Below are positions 1-9,838 of a DNA stretch of 38,210 nucleotides, piece after piece; the stretch's first letter is position 1; each line of letters begins with the position of its first letter. Location: positions 63,847,090 to 63,885,299 of the forward strand of contig NC_068982.1 in the NCBI RefSeq assembly GCF_001194135.2, read 5' to 3'. The DNA comes from Octopus bimaculoides. Taxonomy: Eukaryota. Made by a program: the position numbers and the translations under genes. The notes beneath the pieces are model-generated. The model ran no database searches. It saw only the letters and a list, made by a program, of their open reading frames with translations, and had not been told where the DNA came from.

Positions 1-72
1 GGAGTGTAAAGGCTTTGTCGATACTACTTCTCTGCCTTGTCAGGTCAGTCTATAATAGAAAGTAAAATAAAA

Positions 73-303
73 GGCGGTGAGCTGACAGAAACGTTAACAC
101 GCCGGGCGAAATGCTTAGCGGTATTTCGTCTGCCACTACGTTCTGAGTTCAAATTCCGCCGAGGTTGACTTTGCCTTTCACCCTTTCGGAGTCGATTAAA
201 CAAGTCCCAGTTACGTACTGAGGTCGATATAATCGACCTAATCCGTTTGTCTGTCCTTGTTTGTCCCCTCTGTGTGTAGCCCCTTGTGGGCAGTAGAGAA
301 ATA
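73..303 (+). mobile_element. tRNA-derived SINE family A, full-length copy with tail type 1
   Basis: Starts GGCGGTGAGCTGACAGAA (A-box-like) and has B-box-like GAGTTCAAATTCC near 144-156. The body recurs about 12 times in the window. Flanked by a 15/16 direct repeat AGAAAGTAAAAT(A/T)AAA at 57-72 and 304-319 (TSD). Confidence 0.9.
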
Positions 304-644
304 AGAAAGTAAAATTAAAGGAAGAATGCAAGTCTTCTGTCAATAATTGAAATTGCATCGTTCCATTATATTTTGATCGTAAATTATCTTTGAAATAGCT
401 TCTTACGTTGAAACAAGTTTCAAGGAACGGATGAACCTAAATAAAGGATACAACTGAGGCAAGATATGTGAGGGAATGTAATTTGGCAGCTATTTCATGC
501 GAGTCGAGCGACCACGTAAAGACTTCCTTGTTGGATTACGAGTGGGCGTAAGTTTAATGATACGATAAGTAGACCATTGCGTGGTGAGGAGGTAGGAAAC
601 AACTTATTAACTATCGTTTTCAGTTATTTTACGTACTCTCTTTG

Positions 645-878
<234 letters not shown>

Positions 879-2120
879 TATCAGATCATTAAGAATAAGA
901 ATGAAATGTCTGATTTTGAGCGGAAGTTTATTTTACTTTATCACAACAAAAAGCAATGCAGGTAACCAAAGTAAGCGCCTAAATTATCAACACAATTTTG
1001 GCATTTTATCGGTAGCTTATTTATGCCGGCAGCGAAGAATTCTAGGGAGCGAAAGGTGATGAAATCACGAAAGGGTGTTTTTACATTTTCTCCAGATTTA
1101 AAGTTTTTCGTTGCAAAAAGTTGTCCCATGCCTGGAAAACGTGATAATCAGTTGGTGCAAGGTCTGGTGAATATAGTGGATGTGAGTACTTCCAAGTTCA
1201 GTTCATGTAACTTGAGTAGCGTTCTTTGTGCAACATGTGGCCGAGCATTGTCTTGCAAGAGAATTGGCCTGTCTCTATTGACCAATCTCGGTTGCTTAAT
1301 TGCAAGTTCACTCATCATTTCATTCAATTGGTTGATGTATACATCCGCTGTAATTGACTTACCAGGTCTCATGAAGCTGTAAGCGGATGACACCAGCGCT
1401 GGACCACCAAACAGACACCATTAGCTTCTTTTTTTTTGTGAATATTCTTTTTTTGGACTGTGTTTTAACATTTCATCTCTATCCAACCACCATGCAGAAC
1501 GCTTGCTATTGAAAAAAAAATCCATTTTTCGTCACACGTAATAATACGACGCAAAAATGGTTCGCTTTTACGCCGCGACAGCAAAGAACAGCAAGTTTCA
1601 AGACGACGTGTCATTTGATGCTCGTTCAGTTCGTGTGGTATCCACTTGTCTAGCTTCTTTACCTTGCCGGTTTGTTTCAGATGGTCCAATACAGTTGGAA
1701 TCGAAACATCAAAACTTGCTACTAACTCACGCATAGTCTGAGATGTATCCGCTTCCACTACAGTTTCCAGCTCATCATTATCCACCTTGGTCTCAGGGCT
1801 ACCACGGGGGCTGATTTTCAGGAGTAAAGTCACCAGACCGGAACTTCTCAAACCATCGACGTACAGTGCGCTCATTCGCCACGTCTTCACCAAACACCTC
1901 ATTGATGTTTCGAGCTGTCTGGGATGCATTGGTTCCTCGACGGAATTCATATTCATAAATAACACGAATTTGTTATCTATCCATGGGTTCACAAAAATTG
2001 ATTTACAAGAGAAAACTCATTATATAATCAGACACGATGAATTGCATTTCAAAAAATGATGATATAACTCTTCAATGTTATAAAACAAAGAATTTTCAGG
2101 ATAAAACATAAGAGTTAACG
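879..2120 (-). mobile_element. Mariner (Hsmar1/cecropia-like) DNA transposon with frameshifted transposase pseudogene (about 941-1984)
   Basis: Minus-strand frames give HTH region (..RTVRRWFEKFRSG..), KKLDKWIPHEL, IITCDEKW, LLQDNARPHVA and C-terminal GINKL..GAYF. Multiple stops and frameshifts. The left end abuts the (TA)n tract; the right TIR is not clearly resolved. Confidence 0.88.
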
Positions 2121-2259
2121 ACCGTCAAACTTGGTGCATAAGAATTTGTTAGTTAAGACCGTCAAAGGGATTAAATCTATCCATTTACTGTTGCCATTTG
2201 ATTTGATAATCAGTAATTTTCCCGGAAGTAATCTAAGTATTGGATCAACACTAAACATA

Positions 2260-2810
2260 GGCGCAGGAGTGGCTGTGTGGTAAGTAGCTTGCTTACCAAC
2301 CACATGGTTCCGAGTTCAGTCCCACTGCGTGGCACCTTGGGCAAGTGTCTTCTACTATAGCCTGGAGCCGACCAAAGCCTTGTGAGTAGATTTGTTAGAC
2401 GGAAGCTGAAAGAAGCCCGTCGTATATATGTATGTATNNNNNNNNNNNNNNNNNNNNNNNNNNNNNNNNNNNNNNNNNNNNNNNNNNNNNNNNNNNNNNN
2501 NNNNNNNNNNNNNNNNNNNNNNNNNNNNNNNNNNNNNNNNNNNNNNNNNNNNGTGTGTGTGTGTGTGTGTGTGTGCGTGTGTGTGTGTGTATGTATGTAT
2601 GTATGTATGCGTGTTTGTGTGTCTGTGTTTGTCCCCCCACCATCGCTTGACAACCGATGCTGGTGTGTTTACGTCCCTGTAACTTAGCGGTTCCGCAAAA
2701 AGTAACCGCTAGAATAAGTACTAGGCTTACAAAGAATAAGTCCTTGGGTGCTCCAGCATGGCCGCAGTCAAATGACTGAAACAAGTAAAAGAGTAAAAGA
2801 GAAAAAAGAG
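2260..2810 (+). mobile_element. tRNA-derived SINE family B with internal (TG)n microsatellite
   Basis: A-box-like TGGCTGTGTGGT, B-box-like GAGTTCAGTCCC, CCTTGGGCAAGTG block, 3' end GACTGAAACAAGTAAAAGAG. Colinear with the copy at 13975-14393. Contains an N-gap. Confidence 0.88.
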
Positions 2811-2976
2811 TAAACACTCTGTAGTTCATAAACATTGAAAGCAGCATTGCACTATATCAACAGAGCATGTACAAATTCATTCAGTTGGAACTGATAGCTT
2901 ACAAGCATTTAGTGCAGGGTCTATAGCACCTGACCCGGGTGCGCCTAGTAGGCCTTTATGGATCTAAGTGGTGACC

Positions 2977-3254
2977 TATAAATACGAAGAGGTTTTGCAT
3001 GTCATGGAAATGCAGAAGCTTCGCTATGCTCCCGAGCTGACTCGTCGATGTGCGGGTAGTTATGAGAATGGCGCCCATCATTGACAAGACGTGTGCCATG
3101 CGCCTCCGAGGAACGGATATGTGACATGCAGTGATGAGCATTCGGTAACGAAAACAACGTTGAGAATCACCTCAAATGAACGATTACTGAGCGGACAGTC
3201 AAGTAAACGAGTTAACCCCTGTAAGCTGCCTTCAACCTGATCGAGTGGAAGAAG
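2977..3254 (+). promoter_or_regulatory. Candidate TATA box plus non-coding 5' exon of the calcyphosin-like gene
   Basis: TATAAATA at 2977-2984, locally CpG-rich sequence, and donor-like AAG|GTAAGC at 3254/3255. Speculative; no transcript evidence. Confidence 0.25.
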
Positions 3255-3324
3255 GTAAGCGAGAACGTAGACTCCATTCGAGGTACAACACACGTGAGGT
3301 GATTATTACGTATTTCAGTCTGTG

Positions 3325-3470
3325 TACGTGGGTAGGTGTACGTGTGTGCGCGTATGTGTGTGCGCGTATGTGTGCGCGTATGCGTGCGCGTATGTGTGCG
3401 CGCTTATGTCTGTGTGTGCGGGGGTGTGTCTGTCTTTCCTCTTTCTGTCTCTTTTTATCTCTCTCTCTTT

Positions 3471-3505
<35 letters not shown>

Positions 3506-3530
3506 CTTCTTTCTCTCTTCCCTCTCTATC
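3325..3530. repeat. Alternating purine-pyrimidine (GTGCGCGTAT-type) repeat followed by (CT)n tract
   Basis: About 10-12 bp GTGCGCGTATGT units near 3345-3400, then CT repeats near 3432-3530. Confidence 0.9.
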
Positions 3531-3841
3531 CCTCTTGCTAGCTTCCCTGACTGACTAGTTTAAGCTCGTTTGCTGACTGACAGCAGGCTTAGGAGTGGAT
3601 TCTGTTTATAGTCTTTTTTTTTTCTTCTCTCTTGCTATCTTTGTTTTATGAAGAGGTGTGATAAAGCATAGTTACATATATAAGACATAGATAACAAGCA
3701 GCAGTAGAAATATCGTCTGCGACGCGACAGCGAGAAGCCACATACATACATAGATAGACGGAACCAACATCGAAAGCGACAACAGAGAAAAGAAAGTAAC
3801 TACGAATAACGACTTCCAGCATTTCTACCATGTTAGTAGAT

Positions 3842-3842
<1 letters not shown>

Positions 3843-3904
<62 letters not shown>

Positions 3905-4100
3905 GTAATAATAGTACGAAACCAAATATATTTCACCCAAAGCATAACACCAACATGAACTTCTAACTTGTCTCTTGAGGTCTCTGGGTGAGACTTGGAG
4001 CCAACTTGTACAAATGCAAAGCAAAAGTCAAACATAAAATAATAATAATAATAATAATGAAAATAGTAATAATAATGATGATGACAATGATGATGATAAT
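3843..4100. repeat. (TAA)n and (TAA/TGA)n microsatellites
   Basis: Perfect TAA run about 3843-3903 and a mixed run about 4037-4100. Confidence 0.95.
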
Positions 4101-4369
4101 TAACAACTGTACGTTGTNNNNNNNNNNNNNNNNNNNNNNNNNNNNNNNNNNNNNNNNNNNNNNNNNNNNNNNNNNNNNNNNNNNNNNNNNNNNNNNNNNN
4201 NNNNNNNNNNNNNNNNNNNNNNNNNNNNNNNNNNNNNNNNNNNNNNNNNNNNNNNNNNNNNNNNNNNNNNNNNNNNNNNNNNNNNNNNNNNNNNNNNNNN
4301 NNNNNNNNNNNNNNNNNNNNNNNNNNNNNNNNNNNNNNNNNNNNNNNNNNNNNNNNNNNNNNNNNNNNN

Positions 4370-4416
<47 letters not shown>

Positions 4417-4684
4417 GTGTGTATGTATGTATGTATGTATGTATGTACTAGCTCACATAAGAGAGATGAGATAGATTTTTTTAATATAGCGTATGCTTGT
4501 GTGCGTGTGTGCACGCGTGTATGTCTCTAATAGTAGTAAACTTGTTTACCGTTTTTCCAAACTCATATAACTTTTTAATCACTTGATTTAATATTATATT
4601 TTTACTTTGTTTTATTTCCTTTTTAACATACTTGGTTTTCTTTTCCCTATTTTTTCTCCATAAACTAGATACAGAAGCTTGACA

Positions 4685-5048
4685 ATGGAAGAGAAGGCTC
4701 AAAAACTCATCGAATTTCTTCGAAATGAATGCATTAAACGGGGCTGTACATCAGGTATTAAAGGTCTGGGTCTCATTTTCCGATCAATGGACATCGATTT
4801 TTCTAAAAGATTATGCTTCGATGAACTGAAACTCGGTATCCAGAGATATGGAATTGAGATTAGCGATTCTGATCTACTTATACTCTTCAATGCCATAGAT
4901 ATAGACAATAATAAAACTATTGATTTTGGTGAATTCATGCATAAGTTACGCCCACCACTGACAGGAATTCGCCTGGCTGTTGTCAAAGAAGCATTTCAAA
5001 AATTAGATGTTAATAATGACACTGTAATTGCTGTGGACGATCTCAAAG
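4685..5048 (+). CDS. CAPSL: Calcyphosin-like EF-hand Ca2+-binding protein, coding exon 1 (EF-hands 1-3)
   Basis: MEEKAQKLIEFLRNECIKRGCTSGIKGLGLIFRSMD..LRPP..VVKEAFQKLD..DDLK matches calcyphosin family motifs (RGxxGIKGLG, LRPP). EF loops DIDFSKRLCFDE, DIDNNKTIDFGE, DVNNDTVIAVDD. Donor AAAG|GTAAG at 5048/5049 (phase 1). Upstream acceptor-like TTTTTTCTCCATAAACTAG ends at 4668. CAPS versus CAPSL orthology is not resolvable by eye. Confidence 0.92.
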
Positions 5049-5135
5049 GTAAGAAGCAAAACACTTTGTTTATTATGTTATTTATATCGTAATGTTTTGT
5101 ATTGACGCGGCCCTCGTGGAGAAGTACAGAAATTA

Positions 5136-5400
5136 TTTTGTTCTGAGTTTTAAGTCCCATCGAGATCGTGTTTGCTTTCAGGATCGATTTAATCGATTAT
5201 ATCCAACCTTAAGCCTTGTACCTATGTTAGAAAATGTTGGCGGCGGAACCGTTTGAATATCAGACAAAATGCTTCGTGATATTTAATTGCGGCCCTTTAT
5301 GATCTGAGTTCAAAACCTGCCCAGGTCACCTGAAACTTACATCCTTCAGAGATCGCTAAAATAAACTCCGGAGATCGATTTAATCGACTAACAGTCATTT
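5136..5400 (+). mobile_element. Two degenerate SINE family A fragments
   Basis: TTCTGAGTT..CGAGATCG..AGCCTTGTACCTATGTTAGAAA, then GGCGG..AAATGCTT..TCTGAGTTCAAA. Diverged from the other copies. Confidence 0.6.
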
Positions 5401-5674
5401 TTACGTATATGGGGCACCAGGCCAGTCAGAAATTGTTATGTTAATGCTCATGGACTAATTGCCATGCGGTATTTTCTTCTTTGTAAATATTGTATAGTTT
5501 TTGTATTTAGCTATTGTTTATATTGTACAAAGGCATAATAACTCTTAATAAATTGTATTAGAAATGTATATAATCTAATGTACGTATCTAGGCACGGTAA
5601 CCACAATTAGTCATAAACGCATACAGTCGGGCGATAAAGACTAAATGGGCATAACATTTTAATTGTCATCAGCA

Positions 5675-6040
5675 CACATATACATACATACATACATACA
5701 TACATAGTACGTTCATACACATAAGCATATACACACATACACGCACAAATGCACACTTACACAGTGCGTGTGTGTGTGCGTGTGCGTGTGTGTGTGTGCG
5801 CGCGCGCGTGCGCGCTCTGAACGTTTACAAAAGTTATCGCCAACTAGCTTTGATTGAACGTCAATATACATAAACGAATACTTGCGGTGCTTGTAAACAT
5901 ATACACGCATACATACATGCATGCATGCATGCCTACATACATATATACATACATACATACATACATACGTACGTACATACATACATACATACATACATAC
6001 ATACATACATGCATACATACATGCATACATACATGTACGC
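5675..6040. repeat. Compound (CATA)n/(CA)n/(GT)n/(GC)n microsatellites
   Basis: Read directly from the sequence. Confidence 0.9.
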
Positions 6041-6339
6041 ATAAAATTCAATATCCAATTCGGTAAATAGCTAATACGTATTTTGATGTTACACGGGCAC
6101 AATTTCTGCTTGCCTTTCACTTTCAATTTAACATTGACTTAAACGACGCACCGTGAATTCCATCCTCAAATATTGTCATGAACACAAAATGATTTGAGCC
6201 ATTCGCCCAGTGTCCTTATTGAGTGATGAGTGTGCTCGTTTTCTTCGGATAAATCAATTACTTTTTTGAGATATGTTTTATTTCACATGAATGTAAGTGT
6301 ATAAATTAGTAATATATGTACGCATATAAATTAGTGCGC

Positions 6340-6368
6340 TTATGTGTGCGTGTGCACACACACACACG

Positions 6369-6425
<57 letters not shown>

Positions 6426-6445
6426 GTGTGTGTGCGTGTGTGTGT
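6340..6445. repeat. (CA)n then (GT)n microsatellite
   Basis: Read directly from the sequence. Confidence 0.95.
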
Positions 6446-6611
6446 TTGAACACAGTTATATAAAAGATATATCTACCGTGTGATGTATATAATAATGTCG
6501 ATGCTACAGCCCACTCAGACAATTCTCATAAATGTAATTACGTAAATACACAAAATCATTTGCCTTTGGTATTTGGCTTAATTTTCAAAGAATTGTCATA
6601 GCCGAATGATT

Positions 6612-6760
6612 AAAAAGTTGGCTTCGCAACCACGTGGTCTTGGGCACTATCCCACTGCGTGGTATCTCGGGAAAATGCCATTATCTATAGCCTCGGCTTG
6701 ACCCATAATTTTCTGAGTGAAACTAGGTAAATGGACTCTGTAAAGAACCCGACGGGTGGA
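6612..6760 (+). mobile_element. Degenerate SINE family B 5' fragment
   Basis: CAACCACGTGGT..TCCCACTGCGTGGTA..CTATAGCCTCGG..AAAGAACCCG aligns by eye with 2298-2420. Confidence 0.65.
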
Positions 6761-6919
6761 TTTTTCAGTAAATCAAAAGGGTACAGCCTGTCGGTGCAAT
6801 ACTCGACCACTTACACATTAATTCGGATGCAAGTAATTCATATCACCGAACAAATGGATCCGCCTCGTCGAACGACGGTGGTCCACAACTTTAAAACAGC
6901 AATAATGAATGCAGGATTT

Positions 6920-7107
6920 ATGTGTGTATGTCTGTGTGTGTATCATGCGTGTGAGTATGCTTCTGTAAGTATGTGTGAGTCTATATGATACACACATACA
7001 CACACATACACACAAACACACACATACACACAAACACACACATACACACAAACACACACATACACACACACACAAACAACTTTGCTTTGTGTCTGAACAT
7101 ATAGAGC

Positions 7108-7188
<81 letters not shown>

Positions 7189-7290
7189 ATATAAACTCAC
7201 ACATACTTATACACTCACACGCGTAACACACACACAGACATACATATATATATAAATGTGTGTGTAGCTTTGTGTATATACATATGTATA
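6920..7290. repeat. Compound (CA)n variant and (GT)n microsatellites
   Basis: About 18 bp ACACACATACACACAAAC units near 6990-7075 and a long GT run 7110-7186. Confidence 0.9.
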
Positions 7291-7293
7291 TAT

Positions 7294-7429
7294 TGGTACT
7301 TATTTTATCGACCCTGAAAGGATGAAAGGTAAAGTTTACCTCGGTGGAATTTGAACTCAGAACATAAAGACAAATGAAATACCGCTAAGCATTTCACCCA
7401 GAGTGCTTAACGTTTCTACCAGCTCTGCC
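7294..7429 (-). mobile_element. SINE family A, 5' portion
   Basis: GGTACTTATTTTATCGACCC..GAATTTGAACTCAGAAC..CCGCTAAGCATTTC..CCAGCTC is the reverse complement of the family A head and body. Confidence 0.85.
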
Positions 7430-7549
7430 ATTGGAAAGATTAATAATATATTTAATTTCAATATAAAAAAATTATTATAATTGTAAGCTCACTGCCTTAA
7501 TAATAATAATAATAATAAGTATAATAATAATAATAATAATAATAATAAT

Positions 7550-7714
7550 TGTTGTGTCGACGCCCCCAGGCGAAGAAGTAGGGTCTCCCAAGACATATAA
7601 ATAGAGGTAGTCTGGCCGTGGTAGGAGTGTTGAGTAGCAGTCGAGTAGCAGTTGTGTAGCGGTTGAGTAGAGATCATCCGAAGGTGCTAGATAGCAGTAG
7701 CTTGAGACATAACA
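7550..7714. mobile_element. Candidate solo LTR inserted in a (TAA)n microsatellite
   Basis: Starts TGTTGTGTC and ends GACATAACA (8/9 inverted termini, TG..CA). Contains TATAAATA. ATAAT on both sides, although this is trivial within the repeat. Confidence 0.5.
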
Positions 7715-7767
7715 ATAATAATAATAATAATAATAATAACAACAACAACAACAATAATAATACTAAT

Positions 7768-7970
7768 AAGCCTTTCTACTGGAGGCACAAGGCCTCAAAT
7801 TTGTGAGGAGGGGACTAGTCGATTCCGGTGTTTCACTGGTACTTAATTTATCGACCCCGAAAGGAATAAAGGTAAAGTTGATCTCGGCGGAATTTGAACT
7901 CAGAATGTAACGACGGGCAAAATACCGCTAAGCATTTCGTCCGGCGTGTTAACGATTCTGCCAGCTCACC
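7768..7970 (-). mobile_element. SINE family A, tail type 2
   Basis: Full head (reverse complement GGTGAGCTGGCAGAATCGTT) to tail (reverse complement GGCCTTGTGCCTCCAGTAGAAAGG). Confidence 0.88.
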
Positions 7971-7982
7971 AATAATAGTAAT

Positions 7983-8190
7983 CTTTTCTACTATAGGTGC
8001 AAGGCTTGAAATTTGTAGGTAGGAGGCTAGTCGATTACATCGACCCTAGTACATGAATGGTACTGTATTTTATCGACCCTGAAATGAGGAAAGGCAAGGT
8101 TGACCTTGTCGGGATTTGAACACAGTACGTAAGGGCTGGAAGAAATATCGCTAAGCATTTTATCCGATGTGCTAACGATTGTGCTAGCTC
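7983..8190 (-). mobile_element. SINE family A, tail type 2 (tandem neighbour of 7768-7970)
   Basis: Same motif order as the adjacent copy, more diverged. Confidence 0.85.
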
Positions 8191-8271
8191 TAATAATGAC
8201 ATGGCCTTTTGTTGGAAGCTTTTTAATGACTCTCTGCCATGAATATTAATTCATGCTACGTCCCTAGTATA

Positions 8272-8302
<31 letters not shown>

Positions 8303-8398
8303 ATGTGTGTGTGTGCGTGTGTAACTATACATACATACATGCATGCATACATACATACATACATACATACATACATACATACATACATACATACATAC
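8272..8398. repeat. (GT)n then (CATA)n microsatellite
   Basis: Read directly from the sequence. Confidence 0.95.
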
Positions 8399-9664
8399 CC
8401 AGAATCTCTGGCACCGACACAATGACATCCATATCAACGCGTTGACGTGGTAAATGAGCAGTGCTGCCAACATATTGAGAAAAGTTATTAGGCGTTGGTT
8501 AGGCAAAGCAAAGAGCTACTAAATTTGGTTGGGTGTTCGTTCACTTTATATCACTCATTGTTGTATACTATATATATATTGTACTGGAGGTTACTTCTAG
8601 CTAACTTAAGCTTCTACTATTTATATCCGGCTTCCTGTTTTGTGCGTAACGATTATAATACAAAAATAAACCCCGCGTAGCAGCAGCAGCAGCGGCGACA
8701 ACAGCAGCAATATCAGAAAAACAGTCTGTTCTCACCTCTACATACTACCATTTGAATGGCACTGTATAGGAAATCAATGGACATGTACAACAGTATTAAT
8801 GTAGTAGAAACTGTAGGAGCACTGGAATAACTTCCCTTATATTATATAATCCCTTTATTTTCTTTTATTTACTTTAAGAGATCACGTCCAGTCAGTGTTG
8901 ATCTTACATTCCCTTCCTCTGGGATTGATAAAGAAATGTGTTTGTCATATACTGAGATTGATTCAAGTCATCTGTACTTATAAAGAGAACCTCTAAGAGT
9001 TAGTGAAGTTCATCAGTACATCGGCCTAGGGGTAGAAGAGCCAAGGTGAGACCCGTGACTATCTGCCAAACCCACTTACCTAAAACAAAACAAAAAAATA
9101 TGTTCGTATAACGAATTTTCATTCATTTGAGAGACTATTCACATTACGAGTGAATATTAATGTCTCCTATATACCAGAAGCGACAAATCCCATCTAGACA
9201 TGTGTGTACGCACCATTGATGAAGCTCAAAAAGCCGAAATGCGTTTGACGTTCTCGCTAGTCGTTGCTTGGACGATTTTCATCTCTCACTGCAAAATGTA
9301 TATTGTATTTTTAAACACAGCACGTCCATAATAGATATCATCTCTGGACGAATACCGCAGTGTCTTGTCTTTCAACGATGTATTTACATTAAGTATGATA
9401 TATAGATGGCCATAAAAAATACCTACAAATCACTTGGATTTTGAGAGAAACCTTTCCTTCTTTCCTGGAGGTAGGAAGCTGTCGTTTTCCTTTTAGTTAA
9501 ATGCTTTTCTGGAGGCTCTGTCTATACATTACAAATTGCTTTATTCCTACCAAGGTGACAAAATCAGTTCGAAAATATTGCAGTAATGAACTTGAAATTT
9601 TGAAGTATAAACTAATAATATAGATTATTAATAAAGGTAAAAAAAAAAAAAAAGAACAGCGAAG

Positions 9665-9838
9665 TAGAAAACTCGTTAACATGTTAGAAATACGTTGTGG
9701 CATTTGTCCCGGCTCTTTACATTCTGAGTACTAATCCTATCGCAATAAACTGTGCTTTTCATCCTTCTGGGGTCAATAAATTTAAGTATCTGTCAAGTAC
9801 TGGAGTTGATGGTATCGACTAAACCTCTTTCCAAAAAG
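9665..9838 (+). mobile_element. Degenerate SINE family A
   Basis: TTCTGAGT..TTTTCATCCTTCTGGGGTCAATAAA..TACTGGAGTTGAT..ATCGACT. Confidence 0.65.

Noticed and set aside
73-160. tRNA-like A and B boxes in SINE heads as tRNA genes
   Set aside because: No complete cloverleaf or Pol III terminator, and they continue into multicopy SINE bodies.
430-600. Possible third SINE family linking about 480-530 (minus) with about 10178-10215 (plus)
   Set aside because: Similarity by eye is too short and weak to support from this window alone.
941-1992. Mariner ORFs as a domesticated SETMAR-like gene
   Set aside because: No SET domain nearby, and several stops and frameshifts indicate an ordinary dead transposon.
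3236-3249. Exact 14-mer CCTGATCGAGTGGA also at 38050-38063
   Set aside because: A few 14-mer matches are expected by chance in 38 kb, and the similarity does not extend.
2956-3293. Minus-strand peptide LSNRSFEVILN reminiscent of a CR1/Jockey RT motif
   Set aside because: The expected following PQGSVL and YADD motifs are absent in all frames.
5049-5092. ORF-track extension GKKQNTLFIMLFIS after EF-hand 3, and the N-terminal 31 codons of ORF 28759-29091
   Set aside because: Both are read-through into intron sequence beyond the splice sites; the spliced product fits the family much better.
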